A stretch of 64,000 nt of DNA from Lama guanicoe (lineage: Eukaryota), in contig MU054117.1 of the NCBI GenBank assembly GCA_013239625.1, forward strand, positions 1,118,001 through 1,182,000, written 5' to 3'. Shown piece by piece: positions 13,701 to 26,067 of this stretch. Both the position numbers and the translations under genes were made by a program. The number at the start of each line of letters is the position of its first letter. The stretch's first letter is position 1. The notes beneath the pieces were generated by a model. That model was not told the DNA's origin and searched no databases. It worked only from the letters and a program-made list of their open reading frames with translations.

Positions 13701-15994
13701 TGGGTCTGAGTCCTGTTCAGAGATGGGGTGGAGTGCCTGCCACCCCTTCTGTACCAGGGGAGAGCTGAACCCTGCCCTCGCCAAAGGGGGACTTATTCCA
13801 GACAGGGTACCTGGAAGGGCCCTGGGGGCCCACCTGCCTGGCAGTTCTCTGGAAGCCCCCCACCATCACACAGAGCCAGTGTCACATGGTCACGCAGAGG
13901 TCACCGAGCCTCAGTGACCTAGACCAGGGCTGCTGGGGAGGGAAATGCAGGGGCTGCGATGGGGCCTGTGGGCGGAGGGCCCTGGGTGAGCAGACGCAGC
14001 CACTCCTCCCTGGGCCGGCTTCTCCGCTCTAGTCTGGATGGGTGGCCGGGGAGGGGAGAGACAGGTATGAAGAGCTGGGAGGCCTCCTTACCAGCCAATC
14101 AGGAAGAAAGAGCTGGAGAAATCGATATTCCAAGGGGAGGCCAGTGTTTATCTGAAGGAGAGGAAGCCAGGGACCAAGCGAGGGGAGGCGCGCCGGAGCT
14201 GGGCCCTGGGCGGCCTTGCCGGCACCTCTTCACGCCTGCCCGGAGCGGGCTCGGGGCCGGTCTGCTGGGGGTGCCCCAGTGCCCCTCTTCCACGTCGCCT
14301 GCTTCCCGAGGGGTCTGCCTCTGTCGCCAGCACCGGGGGTGGGCTGGGAAACGCCACTGACTCGGGGCATCCCGCCTTCTCCTTCCATCTGCTCCGCCGG
14401 GCGCGCAGCGCCGCAGGGGGCTGGGGGAGAGCGTCTCTACCTCCCGCGATTCCCCGCCTCCTGCCCAGCACCCAGGTCACCCGCAGCCCTCCTGCCGCCA
14501 AACACAAGGCCTCTCCCCCAGCTGCAGGAAGGGTGCCTTCCCTGTGCGGGGAGCCCTCTCCTCGCCCGGGGGCCTCCTGCTCCCTAAAAGCGCAACCAGC
14601 AGGCGGGGCCTGTGCACGCTGCCTCTGGCCAGTGCGCAGCGGGCTGTCTTCTCTGACCCCAGCCACCCTGAGGCTCTGACCAGAGGACGTGTGGCAGCTT
14701 TCTGCGGGTGGTTCGCCCCCCTCCCCACAGTGGGGACTCCTCCTCCCTTGGCTGCATGGGGAGTGGGCCCAGAGGCTGGACGGCTGCTCGCTGCCCAGCC
14801 AGTAGCCGGTTGGTGGCTCCAGCCCGGGCTGCCCTGTAAGGAGGAGGCAGGCTGGCTGGGGTCTCTGGCGCCCTGAGCAGCAGCCTGCCGTCCCCAGCTC
14901 GTGCCCCAGGGACGGGCCCCTGCTGCCCCGCAGCCCTCCACCCAGGTCAGCCCAGTCGGTGGCTGGGTGTCGAGGACAGAGCCCACAGGAGAGTTGCTGG
15001 GGGAGGACAGAGCATCCGACTCCGTGGGCTCGGCCCCCACAGGGAGGGAGGGCGTCTGTGTGCGCAGGCGCAGCTGTTCTGTCTTGCCGTCTGTGACGAC
15101 ACAGTGACAGCCAGGACGCGAGCACAGAGGTGCATCTTGATAAGCCGGCGGCCGCCGTGGCCCTACCAGCGCACCTTGTTAGCTTGTCTGCCAGCCCAGC
15201 AGACCTTGAAGAAAAGCTGCTTTGCAGGAAGCAGGCAGAGGGAAGGCAGGAGGCGGCCCAGGGAGGGGGGACAGGCTAGGGCAGGAGGAGGGGGTCTGGT
15301 GGCTTCTCCTCCTGCCAGGTGGTGCAGGTCGGCTGGGGACTCAGGTCAGGCCCTAACACAAGGACCCACCAAGCCCGGGCGTGGGGGACGGCAGCCTGGA
15401 GGGACAGAGGGCCTCGCCTGCCTGACACGACTCTGTCTTCACCATGAGCTCTGTCCTGTCTGCAAACCCAGTCCCAAGGGTTGTTCGCTCCTGCACGCAG
15501 CAGGCTTCCAGGAGGTGCCAGAGCCAGTGGAATGGGGACCGGGGGCGCCCTGGCGGGTCTCCCAGGAGAGGTCTGGGGTGGAAAAGCACGATCTGGGTTG
15601 CGAGGCAGGCGTTGAACAGAACGATTTGAAATTACCTAAGCCCCGAGGCACAGCCGCCGGGGAGGGCAGGCCCAGTGATTGGCGAGGATTCCCGGCGCTC
15701 CCCTGCCCGCCCCCCCCACCCCCGCTCCATTCCTCCACTGTGTTCCATTCCGCGCTGTCAGCATCTCACTGGTCTTGCTGGAGGAAGTTCTTCTTTGTGT
15801 CTCACTTGAATCAGTTGTTGGGGGGGGTCCCTCCTGGGTCTTCAAGGGCACCGGAGCACAGCCAGCGCTCGAGGGTCCAGCCAGGCCTCTGCAGGAGGGC
15901 AGGCCTCCACGTGGAGGAAGAGCTGCGCCTGGGCCACACCCCGAAGCTCAGGGCATCGGCTTCCCAGTCAAGTGGCTGACTCAGTGGAAGCCAC

Positions 15995-16800
15995 GAGTAT
16001 TTATGTATTTAGCTCAGAAAGTATTCATTGAGCCCTGCCGCATGCTAGGTGCCATTCTGGGTGCTGGGATCCGAACTCAACCCCGTCTGCTGTAAGCCCC
16101 CATTCTAAGAGGCAAGACAGACCCTACACGGGAATAAAATGAATGAGTCTTGCCACTTAGGAAACAAGGAGAGAGGTGACGGAGAGGATGGAGGCCCAGG
16201 GGGAGATCTGGCTGTCCGGGGAGGTCGGGCGCCACTCTGGGAGGCCGTGGCTGGGCTGAGATCTGATCACGAGAAAGCCGCCACGGAAGGTTCTAGGGGA
16301 GAGCACTTCAGGGAGCGAGGACAGCTGGTGCAAGGGCCCTGGGGTGGGAACAGCGGTGTGTTTGAGGGAGAAATCAGAGAGACTGGGGCGGGGGGGGGGC
16401 GGCTCCCATGGGGTCTTGGAGGACAGATTGCAAAGGAGTTTAGATCTTGTTCTAAGAGCAGCGGGAGGGAGAGACGTGGTTTGATCTTCAGGGAGATCGC
16501 TCTTGTGTGGTGAACGATCGCTTGGGGGTGGGAGGTGTGTCTGTGGCAGTAACACAAGTGACAGAGGTGTTGGCTTGGCCCCAGGGGTAGCGGTGGGGGT
16601 GGAGGGAGTGGAGAGTCGCAGCGGAACTTGGGTGGGGTGCGGGAAAATGATGACGGGTGAAGATGTGTCCCCGCCCCGGGTTAAGGGGGTCTCCGGAGGG
16701 TCAGGTTTGGGGAGGAAAACCCAGTTAGGTCTGAACACATGAAGTGTGAAATGCCTACAGGTGACCCAGGTGGGATGTCAGTCCGATGGCCTAAGTCCCG
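15995..16800 (-). mobile_element. LINE-2 fragment
   Basis: Starts with the reverse L2 tail (ATTTAGCTCAGAAAGTATTCATTGAGCCCTGC...CTAGGTGCCATTCTGGGTGCTGGG), then a purine-rich L2-like body. Confidence 0.6.
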
Positions 16801-19059
16801 CAAGGACCCGCCTTGCCTGGAGCAGCTGGTGGCCCCGCCATGAGGTGGAGCCTGGTTTGGGAACATCCGCTTGGGGCCTCGCCGTTTCCATTTCTCCCCG
16901 AGAACCTTACAAACCTGTCTCATCTGGGAAGCCTTAACCCCGCCCTCCCAGTACTCCTTGGGTTAGAATCAGAATTTCTTCCAGCTCAGAAGTGCCGACT
17001 CCAGGAGCCGTGGTGCTGGGCTGGTGCGTGGAGGGCAGAGTCCGCTGTGCCGAGGGCCAAGGACGGGCGACCAGAGTCGCACACTCCAAGCCCCGTGGGC
17101 GCCCCACCCCCGACAGTTGTTAGCCGGTTCCTCCTCTTTTGTGCAGCCTTTTTCTGCAGATGAGAGAAATCTGTGTGGAGTTCGAATCGAGGGTGGTCTT
17201 CACAGGAAGCACACGGGGAGCGCCGAGGGGCCTCCTGCGGCCTTAGAGAGAAGTGGGGGAGGGGAGGTGGCCCTCCCGCTGCGCACGCCTCACCTGTTCT
17301 CATCGTCCTGAAGGGAGAAGTGGGCCTGCCTGTCCCCTTCCCGCCACTCCTTTCACCCGCCTCTGACCCTGGAAGCCGCAAAGCCCCCGGAGCTCAGGGG
17401 TTCCTGCATCCCGGGGCCAGCCCAGGCCGGCCAGCCCCAGCCCCAGAGCTGCCGGGAGGCGCCAGGCGTCCTCATCCGTGAGCTCAGGGCAGCTCCGGGA
17501 CTGCGCTGTCCGAGGGCGGCCAGCAGTATTTACATTTTAATTGATCAAAAGTAAATTTTAAAATCAAGCCCAGCCTCATTTCAAGGACTCAGTAGCAATA
17601 CGGGGCTCGAGGCTGCTGCGCGGGGCAGGTCAGAGCGGCCCGTCCGCTCACAAGGTCCAGTCAGACAGGGACGCTTGACACCTGTGCTTACAGCCGGGCC
17701 GGGAACACAGCGCCCCCGGCGGCACTTTAGGCCCCAGCCCAGCCCCGCTGAACGAGAAACCCTGGGGCCGGGTCTTCAGCAAGCTTCAGACGACTGGTGC
17801 GCGCTGCTGCGGGGACCAGGGCCCCCGTGGTTCTGGAAACGTCTCCCGCACGCTCTCACTCGCGCCTCGGCAGCCTCTCGCTCGTCTGCCTCGCAGGTGT
17901 GGGTGTCCTCATGACCCTTCTCAGCTGCGTGAGCCCGGGGCCGTGCTCTGGCCCCTTGACCCTTCCCTGGTCTCCCTCCTTCTCCCTCAGATTTCCCTAG
18001 GATTATTCCATGTGCCGGGCTGGACCAGGCTGCACCCCGCCCCGGGAAGTCGGAGTGATTGTGCTGGGGCGTCGGGCTGGCCGTAGGGTGTCCCGCAGAT
18101 GAGGGGAACAGAGCCCTGATGGGGGCCTGGCCCGGGCCTGTCGGCCCCTTCCCCGCGGGGCCTCGGGGGCTGGAGGCCGGCCCAGAGGAGAATCAGGTGC
18201 GTTAGAGACAACGAGGGGGTGGGGCTGCTTCTGTATTTAGGGGCCAGGTGCGGGCGAGGTTTCCTCGCTGTGAGGCGCAGTGAGACCGGGGCTGGTCTGC
18301 GTGTGCAGGACGCAGGCTCTCCGACCTGGGGTGCCTGGCCCTCAGCACCGTTTCGGTGTTACTGTCCCAGACGGTAGGAAGCCGGCCCTGTTTCTTTGTT
18401 CTGCTGCTTTCATTGTCACCTGGCTTGCTTTCTGTTCTTGGCCCCAGATTTTCTTAGCATCTGAGCTCCGGCTTGCTTTCCCCAAGCCTGTTGGGGCCCA
18501 GGGGGGCATGGCGGCGTCCGAGCGCGGCTCTCAGGGCTGGGGGCGTCTCCGGTTTCCTGGAGCCTCCGTGCGAGCCTGGTCAACCTAGTCCCCACCTGCA
18601 GCGGGGAAGGAGCCTCCTTACCGTGTGGGGACCCCGCGCAGGGACCGGGCGGAGAGTTTGCTGTGTGAGGCCTGAAGCTTTGGAAGCCCCTGCCCACCAC
18701 CACCGCCACCACCACGGCCCTGAATTCCAGCCTCAGCCCACAGTCTGGTCATGTGACCTTGAACAACAGGCCGGTCTCTGCGGGAACGGGGAGAACGGTC
18801 TTCCCAGTGGACAAACGCTGGGCTCGCTGACCTCATCTTGCCCTGGGGCCCTTTCTGGAGACACAGCCACGGGCACCCCCCCACCGCCAGGAACCTCAGT
18901 TCACAAGCTGCCTGGTGCCACCTCCCCCCACCACACACCTGCTGATGCGCCTCTGATTGAATCTCTAATGGTTTCTCTCACCGTCTCTTCCCCCCCCACG
19001 ACCAACCCCTCCCCAAAACACACGCGTGGCCTTGCCCTCCCCCCTCCCGCTTCCTGCAG

Positions 19060-19121
19060 CCGTGGGCGTCCAGCTGAGGGTGGAGTTCCTGCAGCGCACG
19101 TTCTGGGCGGCCACGCGGCAG
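19060..19121 (+). CDS. CACNA2D4: CACNA2D4 internal exon (AVGVQLRVEFLQRTFWAATRQ); first CACNA2D4 exon in the window
   Basis: ttcctgcag| ... CAG|gtgcgt; 62 nt; resembles alpha2delta-4 as recalled. Confidence 0.88.
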
Positions 19122-19953
19122 GTGCGTATGAAGTCGGGTGGGGTCCCCAACATCTCCGCCTGAAGGGGGCTGGCACCTTCAGATCCGCTTCTCCAGCTGC
19201 CTGGCTTTCCGCCCCCTCCTGGGCCCTGGTCGGCTCCCTCCTCGCCCCTGCCTCCCTGCGCCCCTGCCCTCCTCGCCCCAGGGCTCCCACTGCCCAGACC
19301 CTGGCAAAGCTCCGGGCCCGGCCTGCCGCTCACTCCACCTCTGCTGCCCTCGCAGCCCCACTGGGCAGAGGAAGGCGCGCCCTCCCCACGGTCCCTGTCC
19401 CTCCACCACAGTCCAAGCCTTGACCATCGTCCCCCCGGGCATCCTGCTCTCCCTCCTCCCTTCCTGCTGCTCCTGCAGAGCCCTCGGCCTCCAGGGTGTC
19501 CTCACTGAGCCCCACCGGCTGCTCCAGCCCCGCGCTTGCCCCACAGCACTAAGTCTCACCACGAGTGTGGTCGGGTAGGGGGGCCGGGAGGGCGAGGAGG
19601 GCGCACCAGCCCAGACCCCAGTTCGGCCACCACGTCACCAGGACGACCAAGAACAGGAGCCCCACTTGGCTTCCAGCCACGTGGCCGACCTCTGCCCTCG
19701 CCCAGGCTGCAGGCCTGGCTTCCCCAGAGGACGCTGGGCTGTGTGCTCGGGCTGAGGTCACTAGCAAGGTCCTGCCTGCATCTCTGCCCTGACCCCCCAG
19801 CGCACAGCCCTTGAGCACATGCATGCACACATGACAGGTGCATGCTCTGCGTGCCCACACGTCATACCACACACCGTGCACACACCACAGGGGTACCGCG
19901 AAACCCCCCGCCCCCCTCAACGATGCACAACCTGCCGCCCTCTCTTCCTCCAG

Positions 19954-19998
19954 TGTGGCGCTGCAGAGGGGCCGTGCCTGGAGAGCTGCCAGGACAGT
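19954..19998 (+). CDS. CACNA2D4: CACNA2D4 exon (CGAAEGPCLESCQDS)
   Basis: tctcttcctccag| ... AGT|gtaaga; 45 nt, phase 0-0. Confidence 0.88.
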
Positions 19999-20182
19999 GT
20001 AAGATCCTCCCTGGCGGGAAGTGGGGCAGCGGGCTGGGGCCCCACCGCGTCCCCACGGGCAGCCTCCTTCCTTCCCTGTGGGCTGGGCTCCACACAGGAC
20101 GCCCCCTAGACGGGCAGCCGGGCGGGGACGGGGCACTGTGGTGGGGCCTGGTCTTGACCCCCCACCCCGGGCACCTCCGCAG

Positions 20183-20245
20183 GACCTGGACTGCTTCGTC
20201 GTGGACAACAACGGCTTCATCCTGATCTCGGAGAGGCCCCAGGAG
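20183..20245 (+). CDS. CACNA2D4: CACNA2D4 exon ([21 protein letters not shown])
   Basis: ctccgcag| ... GAG|gtgagg; 63 nt; Cache-domain DNNGF motif. Confidence 0.94.
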
Positions 20246-21994
20246 GTGAGGGGGACAGGGGTAGGTCGCCCAGGGCCTCAACAGTCAGAGGAAGGCTGGA
20301 GGCAGCCCTGGCCCAGAGCCAGTCAGAGTAAGAGGCCTGACGAGAACGGAGCCTCTTCCTGAAGCCAGAGCCAGCCCCGCGTGGCCAGAGTCCAGGCTTT
20401 GAGACTTAGGTGCCCGGAGGGGACGTTGGTCTCTGTTTTGTCTCCTTCCACAGTTGGTAGAGACTAGCCCGCACCTTGAGGCCTGGGTTGTCTGTCTGTG
20501 GTCTGGCCCTGGGGGGCCTCCCCTGGAGTCCTGAGCCCCTTCCGCCCACCACAGACCCGCCCTTGCCTCCCGTCCTCAGGCCACTGTAACGAGGTCTGTG
20601 AGCCGAGGCAGCTTGTGGACCACAGGGATGGGCATCTCACTGTCCTGGAGGCCGGCGGGCCGAGACCCCGGCACAGGCAGCTGGGGGCCCGCTGGGCCCT
20701 CCTGTGTGGAAGGGACAGGGACCCCTTGGTCCCTTTTCTGAGGCACCAGTCCCATTGTCCGGACTCTGCTCCCATGGCCTCATCACCTCCCAGAGGAGGG
20801 GCAGGTTCCAGCACGTGAACTCGGGAACTCAGGCCACAGCGCTGACCCCTGCTACCTCTGTGGGGCCGGGGACCGGGCCTTTCCGCTGTGTTCTCTCTCC
20901 CCGACTGGACTCCCTTGTGGAAACCGAGGGAGCAGAGGTCCAGAGATGCTCCCAACGCACAGCCTGGCCGCGCGCCCAGGCCTCCGCGGGAGGCAGCGTC
21001 CCCCCGGCCCACAAGGAGAAGGTACAACCGCAGCTTTGTGTCTGCGGAGCCCCGAGGCGGGCCCTGTGTTTACGTAGCCGGAATCACAGCTTTGAAAAGG
21101 AGCCTGTCCAACCCTCAAGCGCCTCCTTGGACGAGCCAGGAGCGCGAGGCACGTGGCCCGGCGAGCTTTGCCACGGATCAGATGCGTGGTTTGGTTGCCT
21201 GGGCCTCTGTTTCCCCTCAGACTAAGGGCCTGGGTGCCAGGTGTGGGCTGAGGCCGAGGTCGGGGCTCTGGGCGGGCAGCAGGGCGGGAACCTGGCGTCG
21301 GGGGAGGGCAGCCGGGAGCAGGCAGCGGTGCTGGGGGCCTTGGGCGGGTGCGGTGCCCGTGCGGGGGCTGTCCAGGCAGCAGGGGTGAAGGCAAGGTGGG
21401 CTCGCCTGCTTCCTCTGGGTGGGTGTCATGAAATATTATTAATCTCTTTTCCCCAGTCGCTTGAAAATAAGTACTCTTGGCTGGAGGACCGGCGTTGAGT
21501 AGGTGAGCCGGCTCGGCCGTGGGCCCAGCGCTGACCCTGCCGGGAGGGGCCGCCCCAGGAGCGCCAGGCAGGCACCCCAGGGTCAGGCAGCGCCCACCCC
21601 CACCCAGGCCCCCGGGTCTCCCCAGGCCCCCCGGCCCCAGGCCACCCCGACCACACCTGTCTGTGGTCCTGAGCCCTGACGCCCCTGGGCGCAGCTGGCT
21701 GATTCCTGGTAGCAGAGGAACTGGGAGAGTGTTTTTCAAAAAGTCGTTTTATGCTTAGCGAACTTACTCTGATTTTCTCTACTGTTACTGTGTCTTGTTA
21801 CATTTTATGTGGTTTTAAAAGTCGTCTCACATCCTTTGTTAAACGGGGCGTGAGTGAAATGACATTTGACTTTCATAGTCAGGCTGGGACCTGCTGGAGC
21901 CCCCACGTGTCCTGTCGCCCTCACCCGCAGCAGAGCCCGCTGCGCCCTCCCCACCCACCTCGAGGCCCAGCAGACGCGGGCCCCCCACCACCTC

Positions 21995-22110
21995 TGGTGA
22001 CGTTATTGGTCCCACTTTGCAGCAGAGAAAGAAACAGGCCCTGCGAGTTAAGGTTATTAGCCGGAAAGCTCACGGCTGTGGGAGAGCCAGGCTTTGAACC
22101 TAGAAATGCA
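21995..22110 (-). mobile_element. MIR SINE
   Basis: CCCACTTTGCAGCAGAGAAAGAAACAGGC...GAGCCAGGCTTTGAACCTAG. Confidence 0.55.
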
Positions 22111-22849
22111 AGAGCAGTGGCTGGGGGAGGGGAGGCCCTGGAAGAGGCCTCCTGGCGGGGAAGCCAAGCTCTGGTTGGGGTGGACTCCGGTGTGGGGAGG
22201 GCGGGGCTGGTGGCCCGGCTGGGGGTGCGGCCGGCTGCATCAGGTAGACCCTTGATGCTGGTGTGAGGCCTGGACTGCAGGCCAGCGCAGGACGGAGAGG
22301 CGCGCCGGGCACAGACGCTGCAGCCACCGTCCAGCCGTCCTGCTTTTAACTCGTTCATTCCACGGCAGTTACCTGCTTCGTAACCAATCACCCCAAAATG
22401 GAGTGCTCAAACCCCAAGACCCGTCGTGTCACGGCCTCCGTGGTAAGGAGATGGGGGGCCGGGCTCGGGGTCTCACGACGTCGGGGGCCTGAGCCGCGAA
22501 GGGGCCTCCTCCACTCGCCCAAGGGGGTGTCGGCCAGGTCTCACTGCCCCGTGGGCTTCCCCGTGGCAGCTCCCTCACCTGGGTGTGAGCAGTGTGAGGT
22601 CACGGTCCCCCGGGACTGGCTCTCAGGTGACACCGCTGCTTCAACCACATCCTGTCTGCTAGAAGCAGGTTGCGGGGTCCAGCCTCCACTCAGGGGCACC
22701 AGCTTACAAAGGGGGTGAGGACAGGAGGCCGGGCTGCTGTGACCTGCCCAGACTCGTCCCATCGCAAACTCCCTTCCCCAAACACACCAGAGGGCTGTGG
22801 CCTGGCCCCTCCCACCCCGTTCCTCCCCCTTCATCCCTGGCCTCCAGGT

Positions 22850-23000
22850 GTGGTCGGGGGACCAGCAGCATCTGGAGGCTGGATGGAAATGCGAGTTCTC
22901 GGGCCCCACCCCAGGCCAAGAGGTGTGAGGTGGGCCCACCGCGTGTGCTGCAAGCCCTCCCTGGTGCCCCGGTTGTGGTGATAGGTCGGGGACCACGTCG
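22850..23000. mobile_element. MER5-like hAT relic (a similar piece lies near 10130-10230)
   Basis: GGACCAGCAGCATC...GAAATGCGAGTTCTCGGGCCCCACCCCAG. Confidence 0.5.
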
Positions 23001-23708
23001 AGGCCTCTGCTGGCGGCTGCTGGTCTGACTGCCCTTTCCCACCTGGGCTCATGGGCCGTGGCAGGGCAGATAGTGTCTGCCAGGTGGTCTGTCCTGGAGG
23101 TCATGCTGTAGAGGGGGTGGCCCTCTCCAGCGTCCAGGAGCTCGTGCCTCCCCAGAGTCAGGTGTCTGCACAGCGTGGTGTTGGTGAAGAAGCCTGAAGC
23201 CAGGTCGGAGCTGGGGGCAGGCTTGTGAGGACGCCCTCTCCCAGGGCGAAGGCTCAGATGCTCCTCTCCCCCTGGTCCGTCCACTCACGGTCCTTCAGCA
23301 AATATGCAGATGATCGCCGTGAACTAGTCAGTCACTGCGTGGTCTATAGGGAGCCAGGAGGTGGACATCTGCCCGCCAGGGCCTCACTGTCTGGTAACGC
23401 GCATGCACGTGCGCACGCGTGCACACACGGTGTACACGACAAATCAAGTCTCACCTCGCCAGCGATTTCACGGGGAGCGTTCAAGGGAATTCTGTACCTT
23501 TTAAAGAAACACAAATTCCGACGGCAACACCGAGATTGATTTCACAGCAACTTGGAGCTGGAAAGCGTGGAGAGCCTGCGGCAGGAGCCGTCCGGGAGAG
23601 GCAGCCCGAGGGCCGCAGCCCAGGCGCCTGCGGGGGAGACCCAAACCCAGGCGAAGCCTGGCGCTGGGGCCGGGCCCTCATCCGTGGTCCCCGCTCTCGC
23701 CCTCGCAG

Positions 23709-23779
23709 GTGGGAAGATTCCTGGGGGAGGTGGACGGCGCCCTCGTGACGCAGCTGCTCGGCATGGGGGTGTTCAGCCA
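23709..23779 (+). CDS. CACNA2D4: CACNA2D4 exon (VGRFLGEVDGALVTQLLGMGVFSQ)
   Basis: cctcgcag| ... CA|gtaagt; 71 nt. Confidence 0.93.
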
Positions 23780-24122
23780 GTAAGTGGGCAGCCCCCCCGG
23801 GCTGAGTACACCCAGAAGAGGCAAGATCGGATGCTCAGGGGTCCAGGCCGACCTTGGATCCTGACCTCAGACCCACAGTGAGCCCCAAACGGCTCCAAAA
23901 GCAGCCTTTCTGCGGCCTGGAACTTCCCTGGGGTGGGAGGGGGGCTGAGGTCATGTGACCCCTAAAAGGGAAACGAGTTGCTTGCTCTTGGCCATTTCTG
24001 CACCTGGACTGCTGGTCACGTGGCCTCACAGATCCGGGTGAACGAGGCCCTGTGCAGAGTCCCCCGGGGAGGACAGGCTGTGGGGAGCGGGTCTGGCCTC
24101 CAAGCCCCGTGTCTGGTTTCAG

Positions 24123-24198
24123 GGTGACCATGTATGACTACCAGGCCATGTGCAGGCCCACGAGTCACCACCACAGCGCCTCCCAGCCCCTGGTCAGC
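24123..24198 (+). CDS. CACNA2D4: CACNA2D4 exon (VTMYDYQAMCRPTSHHHSASQPLVS)
   Basis: ggtttcag| ... AGC|gtgagt; 76 nt; YDYQAxC alpha2delta motif. Confidence 0.94.
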
Positions 24199-24546
24199 GT
24201 GAGTGTCGCCCCAGACCGTCCCCACCGACACAAGCCCTCGGTCCCTGTTCTCTCGCCGGGCTCGCTCTGTCCTCTCCCCCCGCATCCACACTTGGCCGGC
24301 TCCCACCCCAGGGGCCTGGTCTTGGGAGCTTCGGGACAGTTTCTCTGGCATGGAAAGCGGGCTGTGGCCCCTTTCTGGCTTCGCCCCCTCATCCCCTGGT
24401 CCACAGATACCAGCAACCCCGGAGACATCACCCTGTGTGGTGATGGGCGTGGCCTGCCCCTGCAGTGGGAATTTGATGCCTCTACCGCTGGAAAGGGGTC
24501 CCCAGGAGCCCAGGCCTGGGGTTAACACTGTCTCCTCCCCTGCCAG

Positions 24547-24599
24547 CCCCTCTCTGCCCTCCTGACCGCTGCCAGGTGGCTGGTGAATGAGCTGCTGCT
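24547..24599 (+). CDS. CACNA2D4: CACNA2D4 exon (PLSALLTAARWLVNELLL)
   Basis: tctcctcccctgccag| ... CT|gtgagt; 53 nt; phases fit both neighbours. Confidence 0.88.
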
Positions 24600-24903
24600 G
24601 TGAGTGAGCGGCTGGGGAACTCCTGCGGGGCTGGCTTAGGAGGGAGCCCTTTGAGGGGAGCTGCCCGAGGTCCCTGCGACCCGGGAGGAGGAGGGCGAGG
24701 TCCTTGGGTGGAACTGGCCAGGCGTGCGGGTGCACCCTCCCTACACGTGGCGACACGGGGGGCCTCTCTGCTCACCAGGGCCTCCAGCAGCAACAGGGGT
24801 GTCCTGAGAGAGGGGTGGGCAGCGTGGGTTCCAGCTGCTCTGGGCCCAGTGCGGGGATGGGGGAGGGGGCCAGCTGGTCTCTGAGCTCCGTTCTATCTGA
24901 CAG

Positions 24904-24959
24904 GTTCCTGCTGGAGTGGAGCGCCTGGGGCTCCTGGCGGGCAGACAGCGGAGCCGAGG
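24904..24959 (+). CDS. CACNA2D4: CACNA2D4 exon (FLLEWSAWGSWRADSGAE)
   Basis: tctgacag| ... GAGG|gtgagt; 56 nt. Confidence 0.9.
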
Positions 24960-25248
24960 GTGAGTGCCTACCCTGTGTGGGGGGGATGGGGGTTCCGGGG
25001 GGCCCACTGCTCACATCCACCCTGCCGGCCTTCTCTCGTCACCTTTCCCTCGCCTCTGGGACACCACGCCATCTGGGACATGTCTGCCCTCTGACATCTT
25101 GTGTGACGTCGTCCGCCCCTGTGACATCATCTTGTGTGATATTGTTCACCCCACGTCATCCTGACCCCGTGTGACATCACAACCCCATGCCATCCTGACC
25201 CCGTGTGACATCACGCCCACCCCGTGCCTGGCCGCGGGTCCTGGGCAG

Positions 25249-25269
25249 CCAAGACCGTCTTCCATCACG
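25249..25269 (+). CDS. CACNA2D4: CACNA2D4 21-nt microexon ((A)KTVFHH(A))
   Basis: gggcag|CCAAGACCGTCTTCCATCACG|gtaagt; phase 1-1; corresponds to AKSVFHHS in human alpha2delta-4 as recalled. Confidence 0.85.
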
Positions 25270-25949
25270 GTAAGTAGGGTGGCGGGGCGGCCCCGGGGGT
25301 GGGCCGGCCGCTGTCCCAGGAGCGCATCCAAGGAGGCGAGCTTGCTCCGTCTCAGGACGCTCCTGACTCAGAAGGCCCCTCCCAGCTTAAAGCTCGTTCC
25401 CAGGGGGTGGGCACGTCACCCAGATCTCGTCCCACACAAGTGCAGTCCTTGCTCTCCTTGGGTAAGGGCCCTCAAGGCCTGAGGAGGACGGGGTGGTGGG
25501 GTCCAGAGGCCGTGGCCCCCAGGTCTCCTTAAGGAGCAGGAGACAGTGGGCCCCCAGCTCAGGTGCCCACCGTGCCCCCCAGGTGCTCAGTCGGGGGCAG
25601 CAGGTAGAGGCCCCGTGACCTGGAGGCTGAGGCCAGCGTCCTCCAAAGACCTGACATAAATTGAAAAAACGTCCTCCCTGCCAGCAGCTGGGACGCTGGG
25701 GGAAACCGACCCCCTCCACCCGGGGCCTGGGGCGCCCCTCCCGCCCTGGACTCCCCCCACCTCCCACGGGCTCCCGCGCTCTGCAGCTGCCTGGCTGTGG
25801 CCCGGCCCAGCGTTTCTGCTCCCCCGCCCCCAAGTCCTGACTCTGACCGGGGAGCCATGTGCCAGTGGACCGGGCCGCTTCACTCAGGCATAGTGACCGC
25901 ACTGCCCGAGGGGCCCTCCCCAACGCACGGCCCTGCCGCCTCCCCGCAG

Positions 25950-26067
25950 CCCACAAGCACAAGAAGCAGGGCGTGCTGCAGCCGTGCGACACCGCCTACC
26001 CCGTGTTCGTGCACCAGACGGCCATCCGGGAGGCCAACGGCATCGTCGAGTGCGGGGCCTGCCAGAA
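25950..26067 (+). CDS. CACNA2D4: CACNA2D4 exon ([39 protein letters not shown])
   Basis: ctccccgcag| ... AA|gtgagt; 118 nt; delta-subunit cysteines. Confidence 0.95.

Noticed and set aside
7900..19000. Many 200-325 aa ORFs (e.g. 10776-11636, 13048-13917, 14148-15125, 15104-15979)
   Set aside because: Low-complexity Pro/Gly/Arg/Ala translations in several overlapping frames, many with non-ATG starts and no recognisable domains. This is expected at such high GC.
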